From the NCBI RefSeq assembly GCF_000737315.1, contig NZ_JMCB01000006.1, forward strand, positions 1-64,000: DNA of 64,000 nucleotides. Reading direction: 5' to 3'. Positions 8,053 through 17,594 of the stretch are shown here, piece after piece. Origin of the DNA: Hyalangium minutum (GTDB lineage Bacteria; Myxococcota; Myxococcia; Myxococcales; Myxococcaceae). Every line of letters starts with the position of its first letter. Position 1 is the stretch's first letter. The translations under genes were made by a program, and so were the position numbers. The notes under the pieces are model-generated. The model did not search any database, was not told where the DNA came from, and saw only the letters and a program-made list of their open reading frames with translations.

Positions 8053-9138
8053 GTGGCCGATATTCCGAATGGCGGGCAAGTCGAGGTCAAAGGCTCGGGT
8101 GCCAAGCCGTACATCTTGAAGAACACGGGCGGTGTCTACTCGTGCTCGTGCCCAGCGTGGCGCAACCAGTCCACCACCATCGAGCGCAGAACCTGCAAGC
8201 ACCTGCGCAAGATTCGCGGAGATGAGGCTGAGGACGCTCGCATCGGCGCCCCCGCTCCCGCCACCAATCGCACTGCCAACCGCGCCACCGCCTCCAAGCG
8301 CGCCGCTCCCGCCGCCACCGAGGGCAAGGCCCCGCCGGTGCTGCTGGCCCACTCGTGGCAGAACGACACGGACCTCACGGGCTGGTGGATGAGCGAGAAG
8401 CTCGACGGCGTGCGCGCCTACTGGGACGGCACGCGGTTCCTCTCGCGCCAGGGCAACCCCTTCTACGCTCCGGACTGGTTCACCGAAAAGCTGCCCGACT
8501 CCCCGCTCGATGGCGAGCTGTTCGGCGGCCGCAAGAAGTTCCAGCGCACCGTCAGCGTCGTCCGTCGCCAGGACATGAGCGATGACTGGAAGGAGCTGGC
8601 CTTCGTCATCTTCGACGCCCCCAGCATGGACGCGCCCTTCGAGGAGCGCATCGCCCACGTGGAGCAATACGTGGAGGACGTGGCGCCCCCGTATGCCGAG
8701 TGGCTCTCGCACCAGCCCTGCCAGGGCGTGAAGCACCTGCGCGAGGAGCTGGCGCGGGTGGAGGGGCTCGGCGGCGAGGGGCTCATGCTGCGCCAGCCCG
8801 GCTCGCGCTACGAGGTGGGCCGCTCCTACACCCTCCTCAAGGTGAAGAGCTTCCATGACGACGAGGCGCGCGTCATTGGCCACCAGGCCGGCGCGGGCCG
8901 CCACAAGGGCCGCCTCGGTGCGCTCGAGGTGGAGCTGCGCAACGGCACCCGCTTCTCCGTGGGCACCGGCCTGTCCGACGCGGAGCGCGGGAACCCGCCG
9001 CCCCTCGGCAGCATCATCACCTTCCGCTACCAGGAGCTCTCCAACGACGGAGTGCCGCGCTTCCCCTCCTATGTGGGGGTGCGCATCGACGCGGCGCCCT
9101 GGGAGCCCACCCCGGGCGGCAAGCGCAAGCGCGCGTGA
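8053..9138 (+). CDS. Minimal ATP-dependent DNA ligase with N-terminal SWIM-type zinc finger
   Basis: CSCPAW...CKHL (CxC...CxH). SEKLDGVRAYWDG (adenylated Lys), EGLMLR, LLKVK, and a C-terminal OB fold (FSVGTG...ITFRYQELSNDGVPRFP). Confidence 0.9.
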   Translation: MADIPNGGQVEVKGSGAKPYILKNTGGVYSCSCPAWRNQSTTIERRTCKHLRKIRGDEAEDARIGAPAPATNRTANRATASKRAAPAATEGKAPPVLLAHSWQNDTDLTGWWMSEKLDGVRAYWDGTRFLSRQGNPFYAPDWFTEKLPDSPLDGELFGGRKKFQRTVSVVRRQDMSDDWKELAFVIFDAPSMDAPFEERIAHVEQYVEDVAPPYAEWLSHQPCQGVKHLREELARVEGLGGEGLMLRQPGSRYEVGRSYTLLKVKSFHDDEARVIGHQAGAGRHKGRLGALEVELRNGTRFSVGTGLSDAERGNPPPLGSIITFRYQELSNDGVPRFPSYVGVRIDAAPWEPTPGGKRKRA

Positions 9139-9196
9139 GCTGACGCACCGCGCCTTGGCCGGGCCCCGCATTCCACCCGCGGGCCCGGTAGAGCGT

Positions 9197-9213
9197 CAGA
9201 TCGTAACGATCTG
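9197..9213. promoter_or_regulatory. Perfect inverted repeat CAGATCGT-A-ACGATCTG, candidate operator
   Basis: Exact 8-bp arms with a 1-nt spacer in the ligase/kinase intergenic region. Confidence 0.35.
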
Positions 9214-9421
9214 GAAAGAATGACAGACCCGGCATTGAACGATTTGACGTCGCACCTCGGGTGACGACGTACACCTGTTCGCTGGGTACCACTGCAACGC
9301 CGCGAACTCGCTCGCATGGACAGCGGCCGTCCTCCGGGATTCGACACATCGTCCAACCGGCGGAGAAGCACATGTCTTGCATTGGAACGGGGTTAACCCC
9401 CTTTCCAGTTCCTCAGGCCCC

Positions 9422-10876
9422 ATGCGCTGCGAGCTTTGCCTCTCCGAACACACTGACGACGTGCTGTGCGGAAACGTGTCCTGGACTCAGTCGGACGAGG
9501 TCACCGCCAAGGACGAGCCACCGCAACCGCCAGCGACGCAACCCCGCATGGCGGCGGCCGTGCCGGTGGATCTGGTGGGAAAGATGATCGGTCCCTACCG
9601 CGTGGTGCGGCGGCTGGGCTCGGGCGGCATGGGCACGGTGTACCAGGCGGAGCAGACGCGCATTGGCGCGCGGGTGGCGCTCAAGGTGCTGCACCCGCAC
9701 CTCAGCCAGGACGAGGGCCTGCGCGCCCGCTTCTACGCCGAGGCGAAGACGGTGAACGTGGTGGGGCACCCGAACATCGTCCGCATCTTCGACATCAACG
9801 AGGCCCCGGGCAGCCTGCACTACTTCGTCATGGAGTACCTGGAGGGCGAGCCGCTGTCGCAGCTGCCGCGCCCGCTGGAGCCGGGCCTGCTCACGCACCT
9901 GCTGGGCGAGGCCTGCGAGGCGCTCGAGGCCGCGCACAACGCGGGCGTGGTGCACCGCGACTTGAAGCCGGACAACCTCTTCGTGGTGCGGCGCGAGTCC
10001 TCGCAGCGTCCCTCGCTCAAGGTGCTGGACTTCGGCGTGGCCAAGGCGCGCGGCCCGCTCACGCACCCGCGGCTCACCGCCGTGGGCATGGTGCTGGGCA
10101 CGCCCGCGTACATGGCCCCCGAGCAGTGGACGGGGCAGCCGGTGGACGGGCGCGCGGACATCTATGCGCTCGGCGTGACGGCCTACCTCATGGCCACCGG
10201 GCGGCTGCCCTATCCTCGTGGCCAGGTGGCGGAGCTCGTCCTGTCGGCCACGGCGCCCATGCCCACCGCTCCGCACCTGCTCAACCCGCGCATCCCCCTG
10301 GGGCTCTCGGAGGCCATCCTGCGCGCGCTGGCGCGGCGGCCCGCGGAGCGCTTCGCCCAGGCGCTCCAATTCAAGCAGGCGCTCGAGGCCGCCATGCGCG
10401 ATCCCACCCGGAGCCGGCCCACTCCGGTGCCGGGAGGCCCGCTCGCCAGCACGCCCGTGCCCTCGCCCACCGTGTCCCTGCGCACGCCGCAGGCGCACCT
10501 GCCCCGCGAAGAGGCGCCCACGCCGCAGAGCTGGACGGCCGTCGTGCGCCGCCGCAGCGGCACGGGCGCGGTGGAGGTGCAGTGCACGGAGCTGAGCCGC
10601 GGTGGCCTCTTCATGTGCTGCTCGGAGCCCTTCCCGCAGCTGTTCGGCCGGCTCGCGTTCACGCTGAGGCTCGACGGCGTGCCCGTGGAGTGCGAGGCCG
10701 AGGTGGTGCGGCACGTGGACTCGGCGCAGGCGCGCACCTGGGGCATGTCCCCCGGCGTGGGGCTGCAGTTCATCAACCCCTCCGCCCAGCTTCGCGAGTA
10801 CCTGCGCCGGCTGTGCCCCTCGCGCGTCATGCCCGCCGCGCCCGTGGCCATGCCCCAGGACTGCTCTCTGCTTTGA
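9422..10876 (+). CDS. Hanks-type Ser/Thr protein kinase with C-terminal PilZ-like domain
   Basis: LGSGGMGTVY, VALK, HRDLKPDN, DFG, GTPAYMAPE. C-terminal TELSRGGLF...AEVVRHV...GVGLQF is PilZ-like. Start placed at ATG 9422 (MRCELC). Confidence 0.9.
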   Translation: MRCELCLSEHTDDVLCGNVSWTQSDEVTAKDEPPQPPATQPRMAAAVPVDLVGKMIGPYRVVRRLGSGGMGTVYQAEQTRIGARVALKVLHPHLSQDEGLRARFYAEAKTVNVVGHPNIVRIFDINEAPGSLHYFVMEYLEGEPLSQLPRPLEPGLLTHLLGEACEALEAAHNAGVVHRDLKPDNLFVVRRESSQRPSLKVLDFGVAKARGPLTHPRLTAVGMVLGTPAYMAPEQWTGQPVDGRADIYALGVTAYLMATGRLPYPRGQVAELVLSATAPMPTAPHLLNPRIPLGLSEAILRALARRPAERFAQALQFKQALEAAMRDPTRSRPTPVPGGPLASTPVPSPTVSLRTPQAHLPREEAPTPQSWTAVVRRRSGTGAVEVQCTELSRGGLFMCCSEPFPQLFGRLAFTLRLDGVPVECEAEVVRHVDSAQARTWGMSPGVGLQFINPSAQLREYLRRLCPSRVMPAAPVAMPQDCSLL

Positions 10877-11002
10877 GCCCCCGTCCTCTGTCGCCTGCCG
10901 CCCACGGCTCTGTGGCAGACCGTCGGATTGTCAACTGGGGAATTCCCTCGACTTTCCCTGCCACTCCATCGAATGGATGAGCACCGGTAGTCTCAAAATT
11001 CG

Positions 11003-11833
11003 ATGGAAGCCGAAAAACGCCATGCGAGCGCAGGGACGCGGTGGGCAGGGAGCCTCTGCGGGCTCGTGTTGCTGGGGTGGGCCGTGCTCGCCGGTGGGTG
11101 CCGGGAGTCTGTGGGCACAGCGCTGTATGTCACCATCGACTTCGACCCCTCGATGATGATGGATCAGCTGCGGGTGTCCGGCACGGTGGCGGGCAGTGGC
11201 GTGGGTCCGCAAGTCCTCCCCGCGCAGCCCGAGCGGCTGCTGGCCAACGGCGACACGTTCCGCGTGCTGCTGCCCTCCGCGCCCGACAAGGCCGAGGCGG
11301 AGCTGACCGTGGAGGGGCTGCGCGAGGGCACTCGGGTGTCGCAGGGTAAAGCCCAGGTGCAGGTGCTCGAGAACATGGAGGTGGACGTCACCGTGCGGCT
11401 GGAGCCCACTCCGCCGGATGACGGCGTGTTCTGCCCCAACTGCCCGGACGGCTGCTGCATGTCCGGCGTCTGCACCACGTCCACCTTCAACACCTGCGGC
11501 ACGGGCGGCATCGCCTGCACGACGTGCAACGCGAGGACGGCGGACTCGTGCTCGAATAAGGGCTTCTGCGCCTGCGGGCGGAGCGCCGCGTGTGATCCGC
11601 GCACCACGGACCGGTGCCTGTCCGGGCTGTGCCGCTGTGGCCTCAACGCGCCGTGCGGCTTCGGCCAGGAGTGCGTGTCCGGCCGGTGCGAGTGCACGCC
11701 GAACTCGTGCGCGGGGTGCTGCTCCGGTGGCGTCTGCAACCCGGGCAACACGAAGGACCGGTGCGGCAAGGGCGGAGGTGCGTGCGTGAAGTGCGCTGAC
11801 ACCTGCAACACCACCACCGGTACCTGCTCCTGA
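11003..11833 (+). CDS. Cys-rich putative lipoprotein
   Basis: Hydrophobic signal ending in LAGGC (lipobox-like), a beta-rich middle, and a C-terminal ~120 aa of repeated C-x2-C/CC/CxC units. Confidence 0.75.
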   Translation: MEAEKRHASAGTRWAGSLCGLVLLGWAVLAGGCRESVGTALYVTIDFDPSMMMDQLRVSGTVAGSGVGPQVLPAQPERLLANGDTFRVLLPSAPDKAEAELTVEGLREGTRVSQGKAQVQVLENMEVDVTVRLEPTPPDDGVFCPNCPDGCCMSGVCTTSTFNTCGTGGIACTTCNARTADSCSNKGFCACGRSAACDPRTTDRCLSGLCRCGLNAPCGFGQECVSGRCECTPNSCAGCCSGGVCNPGNTKDRCGKGGGACVKCADTCNTTTGTCS

Positions 11834-11846
11834 GAGGGAGGTGGCC

Positions 11847-12455
11847 ATGACCCAAGCGCTGCCGAAGCGCCGGGCCCGGGGCTGGGGCTCCGCGCGCATC
11901 TACGCGCTGGGCCACTCCACCCGGACGGCGGAGGAGCTGGTGGAGCTGCTGCAGGCCCACGGCGTGGGGATGCTGGCGGACATCCGCACGGTGCCGCGCT
12001 CGCGCACCAACCCGCAGTTCAACCGGGACACGCTGCCGAGGACGCTGGCGGCGGCGGACCTGCGCTATGCGCACCTGCCCAAGCTCGGAGGACTGCGGCG
12101 GCCCCGGCCGGACTCGCCCAACGGCGCCTGGCGCAACAAGAGCTTCCAGGGCTACGCGGACTACATGCAGACGGAGGACTTCGCGCAGGGGCTGGAGGAG
12201 CTGCGGGTCCTCGCCGAGGAGGCACCGGTGGCCCTCATGTGCGCGGAGGCCCTGCGCTGGCGCTGCCACCGCAGCCTCGTGGCGGATGCGCTGTTCGCGC
12301 GCGGAGTGCAGGTGCTCCACATCCTCAGCCGCACGCGCGTGGAGCCGCACCGGCTCACCTCTTTCGCAGAGCTCCACGGCCGGCAGGTGCTCTACCCGCC
12401 GCACGGCGAGGACACGGAGCCTACCGCCGCTCTGGAGCCCCGCGGCCGCACCTGA
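11847..12455 (+). CDS. DUF488 family protein
   Basis: IYALGHSTR, LADIRTVPRSRTNPQFN, LGGLR, WRNKSFQGYADYM, ALMCAEALRWRCHRSLVADAL. Confidence 0.88.
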   Translation: MTQALPKRRARGWGSARIYALGHSTRTAEELVELLQAHGVGMLADIRTVPRSRTNPQFNRDTLPRTLAAADLRYAHLPKLGGLRRPRPDSPNGAWRNKSFQGYADYMQTEDFAQGLEELRVLAEEAPVALMCAEALRWRCHRSLVADALFARGVQVLHILSRTRVEPHRLTSFAELHGRQVLYPPHGEDTEPTAALEPRGRT

Positions 12456-12464
12456 GCGCCGGGC

Positions 12465-14195
12465 TCACTCCACGCTGAAGCGGCAGCGCTCGCGCTCCTG
12501 GGCGATGGCCTCGTCGTCGCGCAGCGGGGCGTGGCGAGACACCATGTCCTGGGCTTCCCAGGCGTAGGGCTGGCCGTTGAGCCGCACGCGCCCCTCAGCC
12601 ACCAGCCGTGTCGCCACCAGCAGCGGCACGCGAGCCAGGTCCCTCATCAGCGCCTCGAAGCGCCCCTGCTGCGCCGGATCCACGAAGCGGAAGCGGGCGC
12701 GCGCCACCACCGCGAGGTGGAACCACATGGGACGGAACGCCACGCCATCGAGCTTCAGCCGATCCGCCATGAGCATGAGCATCTCCGCTGCTTCGCGCGA
12801 TAACCCCAATCCTGGCACCTCCTGGCCTGGGAGTTGGGGACGCAAGGCGCTGAAGTGCGCGAGCGGATGGCGCAGCGTGAGCCAGTTGACGAAGAGATAG
12901 GTGTCCTCGCCCAGCCGCCGACGCTCCAGGACACAGTCCACCAGCAGGTGTTCCTGCCCCCCGGCGCGACCGAGCAACTGGATGCGATCGCCCGCGCCCG
13001 TGGGGCCCACCTCCACGCGCAGCGGGCCGTAGCCCAGCCGCTCCAGGTGCGTCAGCACCCCGTAGCGGAACAGCGAGTACTCGAGCGACTGCGCGGTGTA
13101 GTAGCCCAGCACCCGCGACTCCGCCGAGAGCGTGAAGCCCCTGGAGCCCTCCAGGTCCTCCTGGGTGATGGGCTCCCAGTCCGTCAGCGGCTCCTTCGAC
13201 AGCATCCGGGAGATGCGCTGGAACCGGGCGCTGAGCGGATCGAACCGGGCCTGGATGGGCTGGTGCCCCCGTCCTCCCAGCACGAGGATGGAACCGGCGA
13301 ACACCTTCCAGGAATCTTCGTGGTACCCACCGCCGGGCACCCAGACCTGAGGCACGCCCCGGAGCGCCCGCGCCACGAGCCGATCCCTCCGCCGCGCGCC
13401 CTCCAGCGAGAGCCCCAGGCAGCCGAAGCGGTCGGCGTGCAGCACGTCCCCTCCGGCGATGACGAAGGCCAGGTCCGCCCGAGGCATGCGGGCCAGCAGC
13501 GCCTCCAGCGCGCCCAGGTACTCCGCATCACCGGCGTTCCGGGGCAGCAGCACCTCGTCCACACCCGCCACGGTTCCCCAGTCGCTCCCGGAGATGGAGC
13601 CGATCCACACCTTCGAGTCCTCGGCGAGGCACGCGGCGGTGCCATCCGGAGGGTGCGCGTCCAGGTCCAGCACCACCGTCCTGCCGGAGAAGCCCTCCTC
13701 GCGCACGGCCTTCAGCGCCACGGCGAGATCATTCAGCGCGCAGAAGCCCCCGCCCTGGCCGGGCGCGGCATGGTGGTAGCCTCCCGCGAGGTTCGCGACA
13801 GATCGGCGCCGGGCCAGCGCCATCCGAGTGGCCTCCAGCGTGCCTCCACAAGCGTGGCGCAGCGAGTCCAGCACCGCATCCACCGGCACATCCGAAGGGT
13901 CCACCGCGAAGATGCGCGCCAGCGTCTCCGGGCGTCCGAGGGACTCCAGGTAGACGGCGCTGTGCACCCGGGCCAGCTGGGCGTACGAGACGGGCCGCGG
14001 GCGGTGCACATCCTCGGCGCGCACCGCGCCCGTCTCCAGCAGGTACCAGGTGGTGAAGTCCACGCGGCGCGGCTCGACGCCGGTGGAGAGCTCGAGGCCC
14101 GCGAAGGGCAGCCGGTAGGAGGCATCGTAGAAGACGGGCACCCGCGCCCGCTCCGGGCACAGCCGCACGCTCCATGACTCCAGCCAGCCTCTCAT
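12465..14195 (-). CDS. Histone-deacetylase-superfamily amidohydrolase with ~240-aa C-terminal extension
   Basis: NLAGGYHHA, GGFCALNDLA, LDLDAHPPDGT, GGDVLHADRFG, GGGY. Confidence 0.88.
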   Translation of the reverse strand: MRGWLESWSVRLCPERARVPVFYDASYRLPFAGLELSTGVEPRRVDFTTWYLLETGAVRAEDVHRPRPVSYAQLARVHSAVYLESLGRPETLARIFAVDPSDVPVDAVLDSLRHACGGTLEATRMALARRRSVANLAGGYHHAAPGQGGGFCALNDLAVALKAVREEGFSGRTVVLDLDAHPPDGTAACLAEDSKVWIGSISGSDWGTVAGVDEVLLPRNAGDAEYLGALEALLARMPRADLAFVIAGGDVLHADRFGCLGLSLEGARRRDRLVARALRGVPQVWVPGGGYHEDSWKVFAGSILVLGGRGHQPIQARFDPLSARFQRISRMLSKEPLTDWEPITQEDLEGSRGFTLSAESRVLGYYTAQSLEYSLFRYGVLTHLERLGYGPLRVEVGPTGAGDRIQLLGRAGGQEHLLVDCVLERRRLGEDTYLFVNWLTLRHPLAHFSALRPQLPGQEVPGLGLSREAAEMLMLMADRLKLDGVAFRPMWFHLAVVARARFRFVDPAQQGRFEALMRDLARVPLLVATRLVAEGRVRLNGQPYAWEAQDMVSRHAPLRDDEAIAQERERCRFSVE

Positions 14196-14247
14196 CCGCG
14201 GGCGAACCTACGCCCACACCCGTCAGGGCGGGTGGACTTTCTCCGGA

Positions 14248-15186
14248 TCAGGGATTGCCGGAGGAGTCCTTGCCCCCGAAGATCTTCTTCAGGAGGGCGC
14301 CCAGACCCACCAAGGCGAGGACGATGAACTTCTTGCCCGCCAGCAGCAGGGCGATGATGAACTTGCTCGCCTTGGCGAGCAGGCCCACCTTCACGAGCTT
14401 GGCGGCGCCCAGGCCCGCACCACCGAGGACAATGCCGGCCAGGCCGTACTCGGCCACCTTGTCGGTGCCCTCCTGGAAGTCCGCGTAGCGCGCGCCCTGG
14501 TTGAACGAGGTGTTCTTGAGCAGCTTCACCACGTGGGGCTTGCTCAGCTCCAGGTTCTCGGGGTTCACCACGAGGTTCAGGGACACGAAGCCGCGGCGGC
14601 CGAGCACGCGGGTGTTGTAGTTCACCGAGGTGCCGTCCTCCGTCGAGGCGTTGAGCGCCCACACCAGGTGGTGCTGCGCCCGGTCGTAGTGCGGCGCCTC
14701 CGTCCAGTCGCCGATGCGCAGCGCCTTGAAGCCGCGCTGCACGCGCTCCTCGTTGGCCTCCTCCTGGCCCTCCTTGATGGCGTCGAGGATCTCCTTGGAG
14801 TCCAGCGCCTCGTCGTCCTTGATGTAGCCCTCATCCTCGTAGCGGATGACGACGAACCAGGGCGCCTGCTCGTCCTTGCTCACGACGATGCCCAGCAGGT
14901 TGTCGTGGTGGAAAGAACCGTTCTGCTCGAGCACCTTCGCGGCGACAGGCTTGTCCAGGAAGACATGGTCGTCGGGCACGTCGAGCGCCAGCTCATGGCC
15001 GAGGTCGACCTTCACGGGGCCCGGCTTCACGCCTGGAGGAATCTCCTCGGGCGCTTCGGCCTCCTGCATCTCGCCCTGCTCGAGCTCCTTGATCAGGTCG
15101 TCCGATTTGGGCGGCGGGAGATCCGCCAGGGCCAGGAGAGGCGTGAGCAGCAGTCCCGCGGCAATCCACTTCCAACCAGCGTGCAT
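14248..15186 (-). CDS. DUF2167 family membrane-anchored protein
   Basis: Signal peptide, YEDEGYIKDDE, WTEAPHYD, VNYNTRVLGRRG, FNQGARYADF...DKVAEYGLA, and a C-terminal TM segment. Confidence 0.85.
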   Translation of the reverse strand: MHAGWKWIAAGLLLTPLLALADLPPPKSDDLIKELEQGEMQEAEAPEEIPPGVKPGPVKVDLGHELALDVPDDHVFLDKPVAAKVLEQNGSFHHDNLLGIVVSKDEQAPWFVVIRYEDEGYIKDDEALDSKEILDAIKEGQEEANEERVQRGFKALRIGDWTEAPHYDRAQHHLVWALNASTEDGTSVNYNTRVLGRRGFVSLNLVVNPENLELSKPHVVKLLKNTSFNQGARYADFQEGTDKVAEYGLAGIVLGGAGLGAAKLVKVGLLAKASKFIIALLLAGKKFIVLALVGLGALLKKIFGGKDSSGNP

Positions 15187-15279
15187 CGAATCCCTTCCCG
15201 TTCTTCCCGCGAGGCGCTTGGAGCCCAGGGGGCGGCGAGCATGCCACTCAGCGCCTCGGGAGGTCCACCCACCCCAGGG

Positions 15280-16050
15280 TCAGCCGCGGCTGCCTCCTGC
15301 GGGGGCGCTGTCGTCGGGCACGTTGGCGCCCTGGTGGACCTCCTCTCGGAGCGCGGGGCTGCGGCGCTTGGCGGCGCGCGCCAGCAGCGCGGTGAAGACG
15401 GCCCAGGCCAGGCCCGCCATCCACCCGCCCAGCACGTCCGTGAGGTAGTGCACCCCCAGGAACACCCGCGTCAGTCCTACGAGGAACGTCAGCATCACCG
15501 CCACGCCCAGCACATAGGCTTTCAACCAGCGGCGCTCGGTGAGCTGCGCCAGCAACGCGCCCAGGGTGAGGTACACGATGGCCGAGAGCATCGCGTGGCC
15601 ACTGGGAAAGCTGGGCGCGCCCACCTCGGCCAAGTGGGGCACCACGGTGGGCCGGGGCCGGGCGAAGAAGTGCTTGAGAAAGGAGTTCAGCAGCGCGCCG
15701 CTCACCGTGGAGCCCAGCACCAGCAGCAGCGAGCGGAAGCGCCGCACCAGCACCAGGAACCCGCACACCGCCAGGGTGATGAGCGTGAGCACCGTCGCGC
15801 CTCCGAGCGCCGTCACATCCAGCGCCGACAGCCTCAGCCACGGCGGGCCAATAGGCACCGCAGGGTCATCCGTCCGGCGCAGCGCACGCACCACGGCCTC
15901 GTCGAAGTCCTGCGTCTCGCTCTCGCGGATCTCGTCGGCCAGGGCCACGAAGCCCAGGCCACAGCCCACGAGCAGCAGCAGCAGACCCAGCAGCCGGACT
16001 CCATCCCCGTCCATCAGGACGGACTTCCACTCGCGCAAACGGCGTCGCAT
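15280..16050 (-). CDS. PAP2-family membrane phosphatase
   Basis: K..F.R.RP, PSFPSGHA, TRVFLGVHYLTDV; multiple TM helices. Confidence 0.92.
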   Translation of the reverse strand: MRRRLREWKSVLMDGDGVRLLGLLLLLVGCGLGFVALADEIRESETQDFDEAVVRALRRTDDPAVPIGPPWLRLSALDVTALGGATVLTLITLAVCGFLVLVRRFRSLLLVLGSTVSGALLNSFLKHFFARPRPTVVPHLAEVGAPSFPSGHAMLSAIVYLTLGALLAQLTERRWLKAYVLGVAVMLTFLVGLTRVFLGVHYLTDVLGGWMAGLAWAVFTALLARAAKRRSPALREEVHQGANVPDDSAPAGGSRG

Positions 16051-16187
16051 CCCTGCACCCTATGCACTCCGGGGCGGATTGCGGTGTCCAGGCGCGTACG
16101 GCCGCCCGGAAGTGCACAGAGACAGGCTGTGTCTTCCATTGTCCCGGCCCGCCCACCTGCTATCACTGCGCCTGGGAGGGACTCCAC

Positions 16188-17594
16188 GTGGCCATTGCGA
16201 CCATTGATCCGACGACTGGCAAGACGCTCCGCACCTTCACCGCTCACACCGCCGAGGAAGTCGAAGCGAAGCTGAAGCTCGCCGACGAGACGTTCCGGAC
16301 GTACCGGCAGACGCCGCTGGCGGACCGCAAGCGCTGGCTGGCCCGCGCCGCCGAGTTGCTGGAGAAAGAAGCGGAGCAGTTCGGGCGCATCATGACGCAG
16401 GAGATGGGCAAGCCCTTCGAGGCCGCCAAGGCCGAGTCCCAGAAGTGCGCCACGGCCTGCCGCTACTACGTGGAGCACGGCGAGGCGTACCTGCGCGACG
16501 AGCCTATTAACGTAGGGGGCGATCAGGCCTACGTGCACTACCAGCCGCTGGGGCCGGTGCTGGCCATCATGCCGTGGAACTTCCCGTTCTGGCAGGTGGT
16601 GCGCTTCGCGGCGCCGGCGCTGATGGCGGGCAACGTGGGGTTGCTCAAGCACGCGCACAACGTGCCGCAGTGCGCGCTGGCGCTCGAGGAGCTGTTCCTG
16701 CGCGCGGGCTTCCCGAAGGGCGCCTTCCAGACGCTGCTCATCGAGACGGGAGACATCGCCCGCGTCATCGAGGACCCGCGCGTGAAGGCCGCCACCCTCA
16801 CGGGCAGCGAGGGCGCGGGGCGCGCGGTGGGCAGCCAGTCGGGCAAGGCTTTGAAGAAGGTGGTGCTGGAGCTGGGCGGCAGCGATCCGTTCGTCGTCAT
16901 GCCGAGCGCGAAGCTGGAGCTGGCGGTGGAGACGGCGGTCAAGGCGCGCCTCATCAATAACGGCCAGTCGTGCATCGCCGCCAAGCGGTTCATCGTCCAC
17001 GAGTCCGTCTACCCGGAGTTCGAGCGCCGCTTCGTGGAGCGGATGGGCCGGGCGGTGGTGGGCGACCCGATGGATGCGAAGACCGAGGTGGGCCCGCTGG
17101 CCACGGAGGGCATCCGCCAGGGTCTGCACGCGCAGGTGGAGAAGAGTGTGGCGGCGGGAACGAAGCTGCTGGTGGGCGGCAAGCTGCCCACGGGGCCGGG
17201 GACCTGGTACCCGCCCACGGTGCTCGCGGACGCGGCGCCGGGCTCGCCCGCGGCCACCGAGGAGCTGTTCGGCCCCGTAGCGGTGCTCTTCAAGGCGCGG
17301 GACGTGAAGCACGCCATCGAGCTCGCCAACGACTCGCCGTACGGCCTGGGCGCCAGCGTGTGGACGCACGACGACGCGGAGGCGCGCCAGTTCATCGACG
17401 GCATCGAGTCGGGCATGGTGTTCGTGAACCAGATGGTGGTCTCGGACGCGCGGCTGCCGTTCGGCGGAGTGAAGAACTCGGGGCACGGCCGCGAGCTGGC
17501 GCTGCACGGCATCCGCGAGTTCCTCAACGCGAAGACGGTGCGCATCTGCTCGGGCACCGTGGCGGCGCCCACGCAGGCCTCGGCTAACGAATAG
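16188..17594 (+). CDS. NAD(P)-dependent succinate-semialdehyde dehydrogenase-like ALDH
   Basis: IMPWNFPFWQVVRFAAPALMAGN, LTGSEGAG, LELGGSDPF, NNGQSCIAAKRF, EELFGP, PFGGVKNSGHGREL. GTG start at 16188 follows GGAGGG. Confidence 0.92.
   Translation: MAIATIDPTTGKTLRTFTAHTAEEVEAKLKLADETFRTYRQTPLADRKRWLARAAELLEKEAEQFGRIMTQEMGKPFEAAKAESQKCATACRYYVEHGEAYLRDEPINVGGDQAYVHYQPLGPVLAIMPWNFPFWQVVRFAAPALMAGNVGLLKHAHNVPQCALALEELFLRAGFPKGAFQTLLIETGDIARVIEDPRVKAATLTGSEGAGRAVGSQSGKALKKVVLELGGSDPFVVMPSAKLELAVETAVKARLINNGQSCIAAKRFIVHESVYPEFERRFVERMGRAVVGDPMDAKTEVGPLATEGIRQGLHAQVEKSVAAGTKLLVGGKLPTGPGTWYPPTVLADAAPGSPAATEELFGPVAVLFKARDVKHAIELANDSPYGLGASVWTHDDAEARQFIDGIESGMVFVNQMVVSDARLPFGGVKNSGHGRELALHGIREFLNAKTVRICSGTVAAPTQASANE

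Noticed and set aside
8053-9138. Prophage or mobile element marked by the DNA ligase
   Set aside because: No integrase, terminase, capsid, transposase or att-like repeats were seen in the window.
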